64,000 nucleotides of DNA from Oscillospiraceae bacterium (GCA_017468865.1 JAFUHM010000054.1:3252-67251); one strand, 5' to 3'. Shown: positions 39,477 through 49,816, counted from the stretch's first letter. A program made the numbers and translations. The notes: generated by a model from the letters alone, not told the origin.

Positions 39477-41996
39477 ATGAAACTGCTGGCAATAGACGGC
39501 AACAGCATAATGAACCGTGCATTCTACGGGATAAAGCAGCTTTCCACCAAGGACGGTGTGTTCACCAATGCGGTAACGGGCTTTATGAACATATATTTCA
39601 AGGCAAAAGGGGAGCTGTCTCCGGATGCCTGTGCAGTCGCCTTTGATCTGAGGGAGCCTACCTTCCGTCACAAGGCAGACCCTGCATATAAGGCGAACCG
39701 TCACGGTATGCCCGACGAGCTGGCTATGCAGATGCCGTATATCAAGCAGATACTTGCCGCTATGGGTGTGACCGTGCTGGAATACCCCGGATTTGAGGCG
39801 GATGATATCCTGGGTACCCTTGCATCCGCTGCAGGGGACGGAGATCATGTGTATATCCTCACAGGCGACCGTGACACCCTTCAGCTGATAAAGTCCAATG
39901 TTACGGTGCTGCTGCACACCACCCGTGAAGTCATCCGCTTTACCCCCGAGAAATTCTCCGAGGTCTACGGCGGGCTCACGCCCATCCAGCTCATAGACGT
40001 AAAGGGGCTTATGGGGGACACCTCCGACAATATCAAGGGTGTCAAGGGCATAGGCGAAAAGACGGCTCTGGGGCTCATACAGACATACGGCTCCATAGAT
40101 GCCCTGTATAAAGCCCTTGACGCAGGGCAGACCGTAGGTACCAAGAGCGTGGAGACCAAGCTCTCCGAGGGGCGTGAAAGTGCGGAGCACAGCCGTTTCC
40201 TTGCCACCATCGTGACAGATGTCCCCCTCCAGAGGGATATTTCCGCATATGCGTACAGGGAGCAGAGACGTGAGGAACTGGCACAGGTGCTTTCCCGTCT
40301 GGAAATGTACAAGCTGCTGGACAAGCTGAAGATCAAGCCTGTGCCCGTGGTGCAGGAAGATGCGCCCCACGAGCCCATAGAGAAGATGGATTATACCCGT
40401 GTCTATACCGCTCCCGACGGCGACTATGCCTTCATCTTTTCGGGGAATATCCTGTATACTTCCTGCGGCGGCAAGGTGTACAGGACGGACGACAGGCAGG
40501 AGATACTCCGCATACTGAGTATGCCCTGCAAGAAGACTGCATACGGAGCAAAGGCTGCATACAGGCTATGCTTCGAGAACGGCATCACCCTTGAAAATGT
40601 GGTAGCCGATGCGGAGATAGCAGGGTACCTGCTTGACTCGAACTCCTCCGATTATACCATACAGACCCTTTGCTCACGCTTTGGAGCCTACGGCTATGCC
40701 GAGATGGAGGAGTTTGCGGATATATGCGCACTGAAAGGGCTTTGCACGGTGCTTGCCCGTCATCTTGAGCGCCTCGGGGGAATGGATCTGTATCTGAATG
40801 TGGAGCTCCCCCTTACGGAGACTCTCGCCTCAATGGAGTACTATGGCGTAGCCGTGGACAGACAGGGCATACTGGAATTCGGCGACAGCCTGATCTCCAC
40901 CATCGAGCGCCTCAAGACCAGGATATATATGCAGGCAGGGAAGGAGTTCAACATATCCTCACCCAAGCAGCTCAGCGAAGTGCTGTTCACCGACCTGGGG
41001 CTTCCCGCAGGGAAGAAGACCAAGACAGGCTATTCCACCGATGCCGATGTGCTGGAAGATCTTGAGAGCGCACATCCCATCGTGCATGATATCCTGACAT
41101 ACCGCCAGTATACAAAGCTCCTCTCCACCTATGTGGAGGGACTTACCAAGATGATCGCCCCCGACGGGCGCATCCATACATCCTTCAATCAGACCGAGAC
41201 CCGCACGGGACGCATCTCCTCAGCCGAGCCCAATCTCCAGAACATCCCCGTCCGCACGGAACTCGGGCGCAATATGCGCAAGTTCTTCGTGGCAGGGGAG
41301 GGCAATGTCCTTGTGGACGGCGACTACAGCCAGATAGAACTGCGCATCCTTGCAGCCATGAGCGGCGACAAGAATATGCAGGAGGCATTCCTCTCGGGCG
41401 GCGACATACATACCAAGACCGCATCCCAGGTGTTCGGCGTGCCCCTCGATGAGGTCACACGGGAAATGAGGACGGCGGCAAAGGCGGTGAACTTCGGCAT
41501 CGTCTACGGCATCAGCGCCTTTTCCCTTGCCAAGGACATAGGCATCACCGTCACCCAGGCGGACAGGTATAAGAAGAATTACCTTGCAAACTTCCCGGGT
41601 GTGCGTGACTTCCTCAAGGAGAGCGTGGAGAGCGCCGCCGAGAAGGGCTACTCGCTCACCCTCTTCGGACGCAGGCGCTACATTCCCGAGCTGTCCAACT
41701 CCAACCGCAATGTACAGGCATTCGGCAGACGTGTCGCCATGAACGCACCTGTACAGGGTTCAGCGGCGGATATAATCAAGATCGCCATGGTGCGTGTATA
41801 TAAGCGGCTCCGTGACGAGAAGCTCAATGCTCATCTTGTACTGCAGGTACACGACGAACTGATAATCGAGGCAGACAAGGCAAGTGCGGAGCGTGCCGCA
41901 CAGATCCTTGCCGAGGAGATGCCCGGTGCCGCAAAGATAGCAGTTCCCCTTGTCACCGATATAAAGACAGGCACATCATGGGCAGAGAGCCACTAA
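39477..41996 (+). CDS. polA: DNA polymerase I
   Basis: IDGNSIMNRAFY, EADDILGT, GDTSDNIKG, TGRISSAEPNLQNIP, DYSQIELR, KAVNFGIVYG, QVHDEL. Confidence 0.98.
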   Translation: MKLLAIDGNSIMNRAFYGIKQLSTKDGVFTNAVTGFMNIYFKAKGELSPDACAVAFDLREPTFRHKADPAYKANRHGMPDELAMQMPYIKQILAAMGVTVLEYPGFEADDILGTLASAAGDGDHVYILTGDRDTLQLIKSNVTVLLHTTREVIRFTPEKFSEVYGGLTPIQLIDVKGLMGDTSDNIKGVKGIGEKTALGLIQTYGSIDALYKALDAGQTVGTKSVETKLSEGRESAEHSRFLATIVTDVPLQRDISAYAYREQRREELAQVLSRLEMYKLLDKLKIKPVPVVQEDAPHEPIEKMDYTRVYTAPDGDYAFIFSGNILYTSCGGKVYRTDDRQEILRILSMPCKKTAYGAKAAYRLCFENGITLENVVADAEIAGYLLDSNSSDYTIQTLCSRFGAYGYAEMEEFADICALKGLCTVLARHLERLGGMDLYLNVELPLTETLASMEYYGVAVDRQGILEFGDSLISTIERLKTRIYMQAGKEFNISSPKQLSEVLFTDLGLPAGKKTKTGYSTDADVLEDLESAHPIVHDILTYRQYTKLLSTYVEGLTKMIAPDGRIHTSFNQTETRTGRISSAEPNLQNIPVRTELGRNMRKFFVAGEGNVLVDGDYSQIELRILAAMSGDKNMQEAFLSGGDIHTKTASQVFGVPLDEVTREMRTAAKAVNFGIVYGISAFSLAKDIGITVTQADRYKKNYLANFPGVRDFLKESVESAAEKGYSLTLFGRRRYIPELSNSNRNVQAFGRRVAMNAPVQGSAADIIKIAMVRVYKRLRDEKLNAHLVLQVHDELIIEADKASAERAAQILAEEMPGAAKIAVPLVTDIKTGTSWAESH

Positions 41997-42060
41997 ACGA
42001 TAGGGGGCATATGCAGGATGCCGGACAGCACTGCTGTCATCGGGCGATCCGTGATGTGAC

Positions 42061-42693
42061 ATGGATAATATAAAGCGTTTTTTCAGGAATTTCGCCGTTC
42101 CGGGGCTTGTCAACTATCTGGTGTTTGCCATGGGGCTGATGTATGTGGCAGATCTTCTGACAGGCGGAGGGATATGGGGACTGTTCATATTTGACCGGGG
42201 CGCTGTCCTTGCAGGTCAGGTATGGCGTCTGCTCACCTTCACGGTGATGCCTATAAATACCAATCCCTTCTGGGTGGTCATCACGCTGATACTTTACTAT
42301 CAGATAGGGCATGAACTGGAGTCGGCATGGGGAGCGCACAACGTGACCCGCTACCTGCTGCTGTCATGGGTGCTCACCGTGATAACGGGATTCATATTCG
42401 ACCATGTGGATAATTACAACATATATCTGGGACTGTTCCTTGCCTACGGCAAGGTGCTGCCCCGTATGCAGATGAGAGTGTTCTTTGCCGTCCCTGTGGA
42501 GGCAAGGGTGCTGGCGATAGCCGATGCCGTCATCATGCTGTTATCCCTGATAGTGTACAGAGAAGTATCCGTGATAGCTGCGTTTTTGACGTTTGCGATA
42601 TTCTTCGGCAGTGAGTATATCACCATATTCAGGAACCGCAGGCGCCACAGGGAATTCAGGGAAGCATTCAGGCACCGAAACGACGATAAGTGA
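42061..42693 (+). CDS. Rhomboid-superfamily/Derlin-like membrane protein, no catalytic motif seen
   Basis: GQVWRLLTF WR motif, IGHELESAWG; no GxSG. Confidence 0.65.
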   Translation: MDNIKRFFRNFAVPGLVNYLVFAMGLMYVADLLTGGGIWGLFIFDRGAVLAGQVWRLLTFTVMPINTNPFWVVITLILYYQIGHELESAWGAHNVTRYLLLSWVLTVITGFIFDHVDNYNIYLGLFLAYGKVLPRMQMRVFFAVPVEARVLAIADAVIMLLSLIVYREVSVIAAFLTFAIFFGSEYITIFRNRRRHREFREAFRHRNDDK

Positions 42694-42704
42694 TGGAGGT
42701 AAAC

Positions 42705-43163
42705 ATGAAGAAACTGGTAGCATATTTTTCCGCAGGCGGAGTGACCGCAAAGGTCGCAGCAAAGCTGGCTGAGCTTGCAGGAGCAGATCTGCACGAGATA
42801 CGCCCCGAACAGCCCTATACAGCGGCAGACCTCAACTGGACGAACAAGCAGTCCCGTTCAAGTGTGGAAATGAGCGATCTTTCATCCCGTCCCGCACTCG
42901 CACCTTCCGACCTCGATATAAGCGGCTATGACACCGTATATGTAGGTTTCCCCATATGGTGGTATGTTGCCCCCACCATCATAAATACCTTCCTGGAAAG
43001 CTATGACTTTTCGGGCAAGAGGATCATCCTTTTCGGCACATCGGGAAGCAGCGGCTTCGGAAAGACCGCAGAGAACCTGAAGGACAGCGCAAAGGGTGCC
43101 GAGCTCATCGAGGGGATGATAAACCCCAAGCCCGATGACATAAGAAAACTTGCCCAGATGTGA
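42705..43163 (+). CDS. Flavodoxin
   Basis: YFSAGGVT, VGFPIWW, FLESYDFSGK, TSGSSG. Confidence 0.92.
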   Translation: MKKLVAYFSAGGVTAKVAAKLAELAGADLHEIRPEQPYTAADLNWTNKQSRSSVEMSDLSSRPALAPSDLDISGYDTVYVGFPIWWYVAPTIINTFLESYDFSGKRIILFGTSGSSGFGKTAENLKDSAKGAELIEGMINPKPDDIRKLAQM

Positions 43164-43166
43164 TCT

Positions 43167-45143
43167 ATGGAGAAGAGCAAAAGACAGTTGGTCAGAGCAG
43201 CTGTCATCACGTTTATCCTTTTCCTTGCGGCATCCGCCATTATCGCCGGATCTGCGTGGTTTGTCTACTACGGTGAGTACAACGAGAGAGTGATCGAGAA
43301 CGGCAATGCCCTTAATCAGAATGTGAAGGCGATAGTCGAAGACTACAAGATACTCCCGTGGCTCATATCAGTGTGGTATTCCGATGATGATTTCACCGCA
43401 GAGCCCTCCGATGAGATAAAGGAGAAGTTCCGCTATACGGATTTCTCCTCCCTCACGCAGGAATATGTGGAGTCCCTCAGTCCGGAGGAACAGACTGCGG
43501 TGGCGAGGCTGGCATACTTTGAGATGGTCGATGATCTTCGCAAGGAGCTGGGATACAAGGCACTGCGCATAATGTATTACGGCAGCGATGACATGGAGGA
43601 TGAAGGATGCCTTGTCATCTGCTGTCAGTACGGCTCGGACGTGGGTTTGCAGGAAGACAGCGCATGGTTTGAGACATTCGTGGATTATGATGAATCCGAG
43701 CATCCCGTCATGACAAGGATACATGACAGCGGCGAGGATGACCCGAACTACGAGTTCTTTATGCCCAAAGGCTCCGACAAGACATATATGTACATCTACA
43801 CCCCCATCATAAGTGATACAGGGGTGATCGCCATAGTGGCATCGTGCAGGGAATGGGGCGAGGATGTCAGGAGCATCCTGATCTCAGCCGCAAAGATAAT
43901 CGCCATTGCCCTTGTGCTGCTGCTCATCATTTTCTCGGTAGTCTACTTTATGATAAGCAGGCATATCACAGAGCGCACAGGGCTTGCCATAGAGAGGGAA
44001 AGGCAGCATTCGGAAATGGAGATAGCCTCCAAGATACAGCTGTCCTGTATGCCCTCAGACCTGTCGGCATTTGACAGCCGCAGGGATATGTCGGTGTATG
44101 CCCTCATCCGTCCTGCGAAGGAAGTAGGCGGCGATTTTTACGACTGCTTTTTCATCGACGATGACCACCTTGCCCTGTGCATAGCGGATGTGTCCGACAA
44201 GGGCGTGGCAGCCGCAATGTTCATGATGATGGCAAAGGTGCTGATAAAGAACGAACTGAGCCGTGACAGATCTCCCGCCCTTGCCCTGACCAATGTGAAC
44301 CGACAGCTTTCCGAGAACAACGATGCCCAGATGTTCGTCACCGTATGGCTCATGGTGGCGGAGCTTTCCACCGGCAAGTGCAGGGAAGTCAATGCAGGTC
44401 ACGAAGACCCGGCCATGCGTCTGTCAGGCGGTGAATGGGAGCTCATCAGATATCCTCACGACCTTGCCTGCGGCATACTTCCCGACATAGCCTATCATGA
44501 GCGTGAGTTCGATATGCGCCCGGGAGATACGGTCTTTGTCTGCACCGACGGTATACCCGATGCAGAAAATACCGATAAGGAACGCTTCGGCACGGACAGG
44601 CTCATCACCTCCCTTTCGCAGGCAGGAGACAAGCCGAAGGATATGATAATGCGTGTGCTTTCCGATGCAGATGCCTTTGCAGGGGAGATGGACCAGTTCG
44701 ATGACATGACGATGCTCTGCTTCACCTACGAAGGGACAGACACCATAGAAGTCACGGCGGATGACGAACACCTCCCGATGGTCATAGGATTTGCCGACAG
44801 CAAGGCACGAATCGCAGGTGCGGACGACAAGCTGTGCGGTGACATCAGACTGTGTACCGAGGAGGTATTCGGGAACATCATCGACCATGCCTATGATGAT
44901 ACCGGGACAGCGGCAGTCTCCGCCTTCACGCAGGACGGGTATTTCTGCGTAAGGTTTGCCGACAGCGGCAGACCCTTTGACCCGGCTGAGGCAGACGCTC
45001 CCGACACGGACACCGAACTGTCCGCAAGGAAGGTAGGCGGCCTTGGTGTGTACCTTGTGCAGCAGCTCGCTTCCGATGTGCGTTACAGCAGGGAAGACGA
45101 TATGAATATACTGACCGTAATGTTTGAGATAAAGGAGAAATAA
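43167..45143 (+). CDS. Membrane sensor + SpoIIE/PP2C phosphatase + RsbW-like HATPase fusion
   Basis: Two TM; EVGGDFYD, IADVSDKG, VNAGH, TDG, DDMT; EEVFGNIIDHAY, DSGRPFDP, GGLGVYL. Confidence 0.9.
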   Translation: MEKSKRQLVRAAVITFILFLAASAIIAGSAWFVYYGEYNERVIENGNALNQNVKAIVEDYKILPWLISVWYSDDDFTAEPSDEIKEKFRYTDFSSLTQEYVESLSPEEQTAVARLAYFEMVDDLRKELGYKALRIMYYGSDDMEDEGCLVICCQYGSDVGLQEDSAWFETFVDYDESEHPVMTRIHDSGEDDPNYEFFMPKGSDKTYMYIYTPIISDTGVIAIVASCREWGEDVRSILISAAKIIAIALVLLLIIFSVVYFMISRHITERTGLAIERERQHSEMEIASKIQLSCMPSDLSAFDSRRDMSVYALIRPAKEVGGDFYDCFFIDDDHLALCIADVSDKGVAAAMFMMMAKVLIKNELSRDRSPALALTNVNRQLSENNDAQMFVTVWLMVAELSTGKCREVNAGHEDPAMRLSGGEWELIRYPHDLACGILPDIAYHEREFDMRPGDTVFVCTDGIPDAENTDKERFGTDRLITSLSQAGDKPKDMIMRVLSDADAFAGEMDQFDDMTMLCFTYEGTDTIEVTADDEHLPMVIGFADSKARIAGADDKLCGDIRLCTEEVFGNIIDHAYDDTGTAAVSAFTQDGYFCVRFADSGRPFDPAEADAPDTDTELSARKVGGLGVYLVQQLASDVRYSREDDMNILTVMFEIKEK

Positions 45144-45144
45144 A

Positions 45145-45441
45145 ATGACCATCAATACAGAAAAGAAGGACGGCACACTCATCGCAGCCATAGAGGGGGA
45201 TCTTGACAGGACCACGTCACCTGAACTGGAGAGCCGCATAACTCCCATGCTTGACAGCGTGACCGAGCTTGTCTTCGACCTTGCAGGGCTCAAGTACATC
45301 TCATCTGCGGGACTTCGTGTCTTCGTGAAGATGCAGAAGCTCATAGGAGGAGGAAAGATGACCCTCAGACACGTTGCTCCTGCCGTAATGGAAATATTCA
45401 GGCTCAGCGGTTTTACCAATTTCCTGAATATAGAGGAGTGA
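45145..45441 (+). CDS. STAS-domain anti-sigma antagonist
   Basis: IEGDLDRTTS, DLAGLKYISSAGLR with phosphoacceptor Ser. Confidence 0.92.
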   Translation: MTINTEKKDGTLIAAIEGDLDRTTSPELESRITPMLDSVTELVFDLAGLKYISSAGLRVFVKMQKLIGGGKMTLRHVAPAVMEIFRLSGFTNFLNIEE

Positions 45442-45449
45442 GGGAGCGG

Positions 45450-47636
45450 ATGAGATCACATACGGACAAGCTGTGTCTGGCGGCGATACTTCTCCTTTCG
45501 GGATGCACATCGCAGAATGTGCCGCTTCCCGATGAGATGACCACCACCACACTTGCAGTATCGGAAACAGCCCCGGAGGAGGTCGTCGAGCAGTCGCTCG
45601 ATGGCCTTGTCATTGAGGACGGCAAACTCATGCCCATACTCAGTATCAGCGATATGCGGGATGAGGCTTACACCAATGAGGGAAGTGATATACTCCGCTT
45701 CTGTGTCTATGTGGAAACAGACCACGACACGGACGGGGACGGCATGAACGACCTTGTCAAGGTGTTCATGCAGGTGCCCCATGCGGCATCAAAGGGGAAG
45801 TTCAAGGCAGGCACCATCTACGACCCCACCCCCTACAATGCTGGCACCGTCGAGGAACTCTACGACTCCGCCGAGCCCATGTACAATGAGAAGGAGTTTG
45901 ACTACGACAAGCTCTACGCATCGGGCGGCACCCGCATTCCCGATAAGGAGATATCCACCCTTGAACTGTCAAAGACCGCCGATCCGAATGACTGGAACTA
46001 TTCCGTTCCCTATTCGGGCGAAACAGGCTACATATACGGCAATATGTATGACTACTATCTTGCAAGGGGATATGCCGTTGCACAGTGTTCGGGCATAGGC
46101 ACCTACGGTTCGGAGGGGTTTGAGCTCTGCGGCATGGATCTCGAAAGAGACAGCCATAAGGCGGTAGTGGAATGGCTTGCGGGCAAGCGCACGGCATTTG
46201 CGGACAAGCAGGGCAAATATGCCGTCCCTGCGGACTTCTCCAACGGCAGGGTGGCAATGACAGGCTGCTCCTACGGCGGCACGCTCCCCTATGAGGTGGC
46301 TACCACAGGTGTTGAGGGGCTTGTCACCATCATCCCCTTTGCAGGCATCGCCAACTGGTATGACTATACCAATTCCCAGGGAGTGTCCACCAGATTTGAT
46401 ACCCACTACACGGATGACCTTGCCTCCTACAATGCAGGCGCCACGTTTGAGGATGACGGCTGGATGGTGCCGGGGGATGAGTACGGCTCCTACCTCTGGC
46501 AGGTGGCACAGGATGAGGAAGCATCCAACGGCAATTACTCCGATATGTGGAGCAGATTTGACTACTCCGACAAGTACGAGGATATAAAATGCTCCGCCCT
46601 CATAGTCCACGGCCTCAATGATTTCAATGTCCTGACCCGACAGGCAGACCTGATGATGCAGGCATTCGACAAGGCAGGCGCCAACGCCAAGCTCGTCCTT
46701 CACCAGGACGGACACAACTTCCTCAACGACATTGAAGTAAACGGTGAGCTTTGGCAGGATACCATGAACAAGTGGCTTGCCCACTACCTTTACGGCGTGG
46801 ACAACGGCATACAGGACATGGCAAAGGTCACTGTCCAGTCGAATGTGGACGGCAGCTTCAAAACATATGACAAGTGGCGTGACTTTGACTACAATGAATA
46901 TGAAGTCCGTTCATCAAGCGCCTACGCAGTCTCCACCCTCGACACCACCAATCTTGCTGAGACCGCATATCAGTATCTGACCGCACAGGGATCGGATATA
47001 GGCGGCATCGACTATCAGCAGACGTACTATATCGACCTTGAAGAGCCTCTCGGAGTGCAGTATGAGGTGGACATCCCCGAAGGCACCACCATCTACGGCG
47101 TGCCCGAGATCCATGTGCAGTTGGCGACCAATACCCTTGACAAGGACGGGATGATGGTCACCGCCACCCTTACCGACGTCACGGAGGACGAGAGCAGATT
47201 CAAGGCATTCATGGGCAAGCAGAGGATAAACTCATGTGTCCCCGTCTCCACCATAGGCACGGCAGAGGCAGGGGGAGGGCTTCCCGATGTGGAGATCAAG
47301 CAATTTGTGCAGTCCAACACATACAGCAAGGTCATCACCTACGGCTGGACAGACCTCTGCAATCCCGGCAAGGGCTATGATGCCAAGGAATACACCGACG
47401 TGGCTGAACTGGAGAACGAGAAATACTATGACTACACCTTCTATATGCAACCCACTGTCTACACCGTGGAGAAGGGGCATAAGCTGGTGCTGACCCTGTC
47501 CGCATGGGATCCATACCGTGCCTTCCTTGACGAGGACTACGAGCTTGATCCCGAGCATTACACGGAATACACTGACCATAAGTACACATTCTTTGTGGAT
47601 AACTATTCCGTGACCGCCAACATCCCTACCGTATGA
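45450..47636 (+). CDS. CocE/NonD (S15, PepX-like) hydrolase, lipoprotein
   Basis: Lipobox LLSGC; DTDGDGMNDLV, GCSYGG nucleophile, VHGLNDFNV, HQDGH, NKWLAHYLYG. Confidence 0.85.
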   Translation: MRSHTDKLCLAAILLLSGCTSQNVPLPDEMTTTTLAVSETAPEEVVEQSLDGLVIEDGKLMPILSISDMRDEAYTNEGSDILRFCVYVETDHDTDGDGMNDLVKVFMQVPHAASKGKFKAGTIYDPTPYNAGTVEELYDSAEPMYNEKEFDYDKLYASGGTRIPDKEISTLELSKTADPNDWNYSVPYSGETGYIYGNMYDYYLARGYAVAQCSGIGTYGSEGFELCGMDLERDSHKAVVEWLAGKRTAFADKQGKYAVPADFSNGRVAMTGCSYGGTLPYEVATTGVEGLVTIIPFAGIANWYDYTNSQGVSTRFDTHYTDDLASYNAGATFEDDGWMVPGDEYGSYLWQVAQDEEASNGNYSDMWSRFDYSDKYEDIKCSALIVHGLNDFNVLTRQADLMMQAFDKAGANAKLVLHQDGHNFLNDIEVNGELWQDTMNKWLAHYLYGVDNGIQDMAKVTVQSNVDGSFKTYDKWRDFDYNEYEVRSSSAYAVSTLDTTNLAETAYQYLTAQGSDIGGIDYQQTYYIDLEEPLGVQYEVDIPEGTTIYGVPEIHVQLATNTLDKDGMMVTATLTDVTEDESRFKAFMGKQRINSCVPVSTIGTAEAGGGLPDVEIKQFVQSNTYSKVITYGWTDLCNPGKGYDAKEYTDVAELENEKYYDYTFYMQPTVYTVEKGHKLVLTLSAWDPYRAFLDEDYELDPEHYTEYTDHKYTFFVDNYSVTANIPTV

Positions 47637-47745
47637 TCTAACGATTTACACAAAACATTACGGACAGACCGAAAGGATTGCGCTAATATAGAAGTTTTCC
47701 AAAAACTAATATGTAAAGACCTATACAGCGGGCTATGAAACAGAA

Positions 47746-47784
47746 CAGGCAGATACTTCAAACGAGTTATCTGCCTGCTTTTTT
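47746..47784 (+). terminator. Rho-independent terminator
   Basis: CAGGCAGATA/TATCTGCCTG stem plus T6. Confidence 0.8.
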
Positions 47785-47831
47785 ATAATAACGCTCGAAC
47801 GCTGAATGATCTGTTTTTTACAGATGACAGC

Positions 47832-47860
47832 TTGCTTTTTCAACTAAATTATGCTACAAT
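47832..47860 (+). promoter_or_regulatory. SigA-like promoter upstream of the remnant
   Basis: TTGCTT-17bp-TACAAT with TGn; GAGGTG RBS at 47889-47894. Confidence 0.55.
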
Positions 47861-47901
47861 ATGTATGTGCTATTCTATAATAATGGCAGAGGTGGCAATG
47901 T

Positions 47902-48073
47902 ATGAGTAAGCTCGGTAATACACTATATAGCATTGCAAGCTTTTCCTCGTAAACGGATCACATTGGAGGAACTCAGCAGATTATGCTCAAATTCGGAACT
48001 ACTTAACGAGCAGATCAACGAGCTTACCAATCAGGGTGTATTAGTGCCTGTCAGGTGCAGCGGAACAGCTTGA
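47902..48073 (+). pseudogene. Frameshifted, truncated 5' end resembling Firmicute Wadjet jetD
   Basis: Restoring 2 bp in TATATA (47924-47929) gives MSKLGNTLYIALQAFPRKRITLEELSRLCSNSELLNEQINELTNQGVLVPVRCSGTA*; similarity recognised from memory only. Confidence 0.5.
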
Positions 48074-48320
48074 ACAGGCGAAGAAAGTGAGTGAGCAAGC
48101 TGTTAAGCAGTATTCAGAAGCATCAACTTGCCATGCAAAAGCAGAAAGCAGACTGGAGCAGGCTAAGGAAAAGCTCGCAGAACTTCATACAGAACTTCTG
48201 CCCCGTTCCGAAGTTGGTTCGGATTTTGAAAGACGTATAAAAGAATGCAATGACAAATTAGCTGCCGCTGAGTCAGAGGACAGCGAATGTTCAAAAAGAT
48301 TGAATGACCTGGAGCCAGCC
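48060..48320 (+). pseudogene. Start-less coiled-coil fragment (SMC/JetC-like?)
   Basis: AEQLEQAKKVSEQAVKQY..LEQAKEKLAEL..RIKECNDKLAAAESE heptad pattern; runs into the murD promoter. Confidence 0.4.
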
Positions 48321-48342
48321 CCGACTTTTTTTCATATATCCA

Positions 48343-48371
48343 TTGCATTTTCCGTCATGATGTGGTATAAT
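48343..48371 (+). promoter_or_regulatory. SigA promoter of murD
   Basis: TTGCAT-17bp-TATAAT with TGn. Confidence 0.75.
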
Positions 48372-48403
48372 AAAAAAGATAGATTAATGAAAGGGTAATA
48401 GCA

Positions 48404-49792
48404 ATGGATAAGATACGTTCCTTCTTTGAGCAGATGAGAGATAAGCGGATAGCCTTTATCGGTGTGGGCGTCAGCCATACCGACCTGATAAAGCTTTTTC
48501 TTTCAAAGGGGCTTGATGTCACGGTCTGCGACAAGAAGACGAAGGATAAGATGAAGGAATATGAGGAACTCTCCGAGGCAGGCGCCAAGTTTGAACTTGG
48601 GGAGGGCTACCTTGACGATATAGCGGAAGGCAGATTTGATGTGGTGTTCCGCACTCCCGGTATGTACTATCTTTCGGATGTGCTGACAAAGGCAAGGGCT
48701 AAGGGCACTGCGGTCACCAGCGAGATGGAGGTCTTCTTCGACCTGTGTCCGTGTCCTGTCTATGCGCTTACAGGTTCAGACGGCAAGACCACCACTACCA
48801 CCATCGTTGCCGAGCTGCTTGCGCATGAGGGAAAGAGAGTGCATAAGGGCGGCAATATAGGACGTGCGCTCCTGCCTGTAATAGAGGATGTGCGCCCCGA
48901 TGATGTCGCTGTGGTGGAGCTTTCCAGCTTCCAGCTCATTTCCATGAGGTCATCGCCCGACTTTGCCGCCATCACCAACATCACTCCCAATCACCTCAAT
49001 GTACATAAGGATATGCAGGAATACATAGATGCAAAGGCGAATATCCTCCTGCATCAGAACGCATTCTCCGTGTCGGTGCTTTCATGGGACAACCTCACCG
49101 CAAGAGAGCTGGCTCCCCTTGCAAGAGGAGATCTGCGCTGGTTCAGCCGCTTTGAAAAGGTGGACAACGGCGCATACCTTGACGGGAATATGCTCGTATA
49201 CAGCGATCACGGCAAGGTTACTCCCGTTCTTGATATGCACGACATACGCATCCCCGGTATGCACAATGTGGAGAATTACCTGACTGCCATTGCCCTTACA
49301 TGGGGCAAAGTTTCGCCGGAAACAGTGCGCACGGTGGCAAAGGAGTTTGCGGGCGTGGAGCACCGCATCGAACTGGTGAGGGAGCTTGACGGGGTGAAGT
49401 ATTACAATAACTCCATCGCATCGAGCCCCACAAGAGTCATCGCCTGCCTGAATACCTTCAATCAGAAGCAGATAATGATAATGGGCGGCTCGGACAAGGG
49501 CATATCCTTTGATCCCATGGCTCACCTTGTCTGCGAAAAGGTAAAGCTCCTCATACTTCTCGGAGAGACCAAATACAAGATAAGGGACGCTGTGATGCGT
49601 GCGGACAACTACAAGGAAGGCGCTCCCGAGATCATCATCACGGACACGATGGATGAAGCGGTGAAGACTGCACATGACAGGGCTGAAAAGGGTGACATAG
49701 TATCCCTTTCCCCTGCCTGCGCAAGCTTTGATATGTACCGTATGTTTGAGGAAAGAGGAGATCATTTCAAGTCCCTCGTAAATGCCCTTTGA
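48404..49792 (+). CDS. murD: UDP-N-acetylmuramoyl-L-alanine--D-glutamate ligase
   Basis: TGSDGKTTTT, GGNIG, ELSSFQL, GVEHRIE, LSPACASFDMY..FEERG. Confidence 0.97.
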   Translation: MDKIRSFFEQMRDKRIAFIGVGVSHTDLIKLFLSKGLDVTVCDKKTKDKMKEYEELSEAGAKFELGEGYLDDIAEGRFDVVFRTPGMYYLSDVLTKARAKGTAVTSEMEVFFDLCPCPVYALTGSDGKTTTTTIVAELLAHEGKRVHKGGNIGRALLPVIEDVRPDDVAVVELSSFQLISMRSSPDFAAITNITPNHLNVHKDMQEYIDAKANILLHQNAFSVSVLSWDNLTARELAPLARGDLRWFSRFEKVDNGAYLDGNMLVYSDHGKVTPVLDMHDIRIPGMHNVENYLTAIALTWGKVSPETVRTVAKEFAGVEHRIELVRELDGVKYYNNSIASSPTRVIACLNTFNQKQIMIMGGSDKGISFDPMAHLVCEKVKLLILLGETKYKIRDAVMRADNYKEGAPEIIITDTMDEAVKTAHDRAEKGDIVSLSPACASFDMYRMFEERGDHFKSLVNAL

Positions 49793-49816
49793 TACTTACG
49801 ATAGAACGGATCATTT

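Noticed and set aside
47637-47738. Read-through of the S15 hydrolase TGA into 33 open codons
   Set aside because: An open stretch this long arises by chance; no SECIS-like signal or recognisable domain
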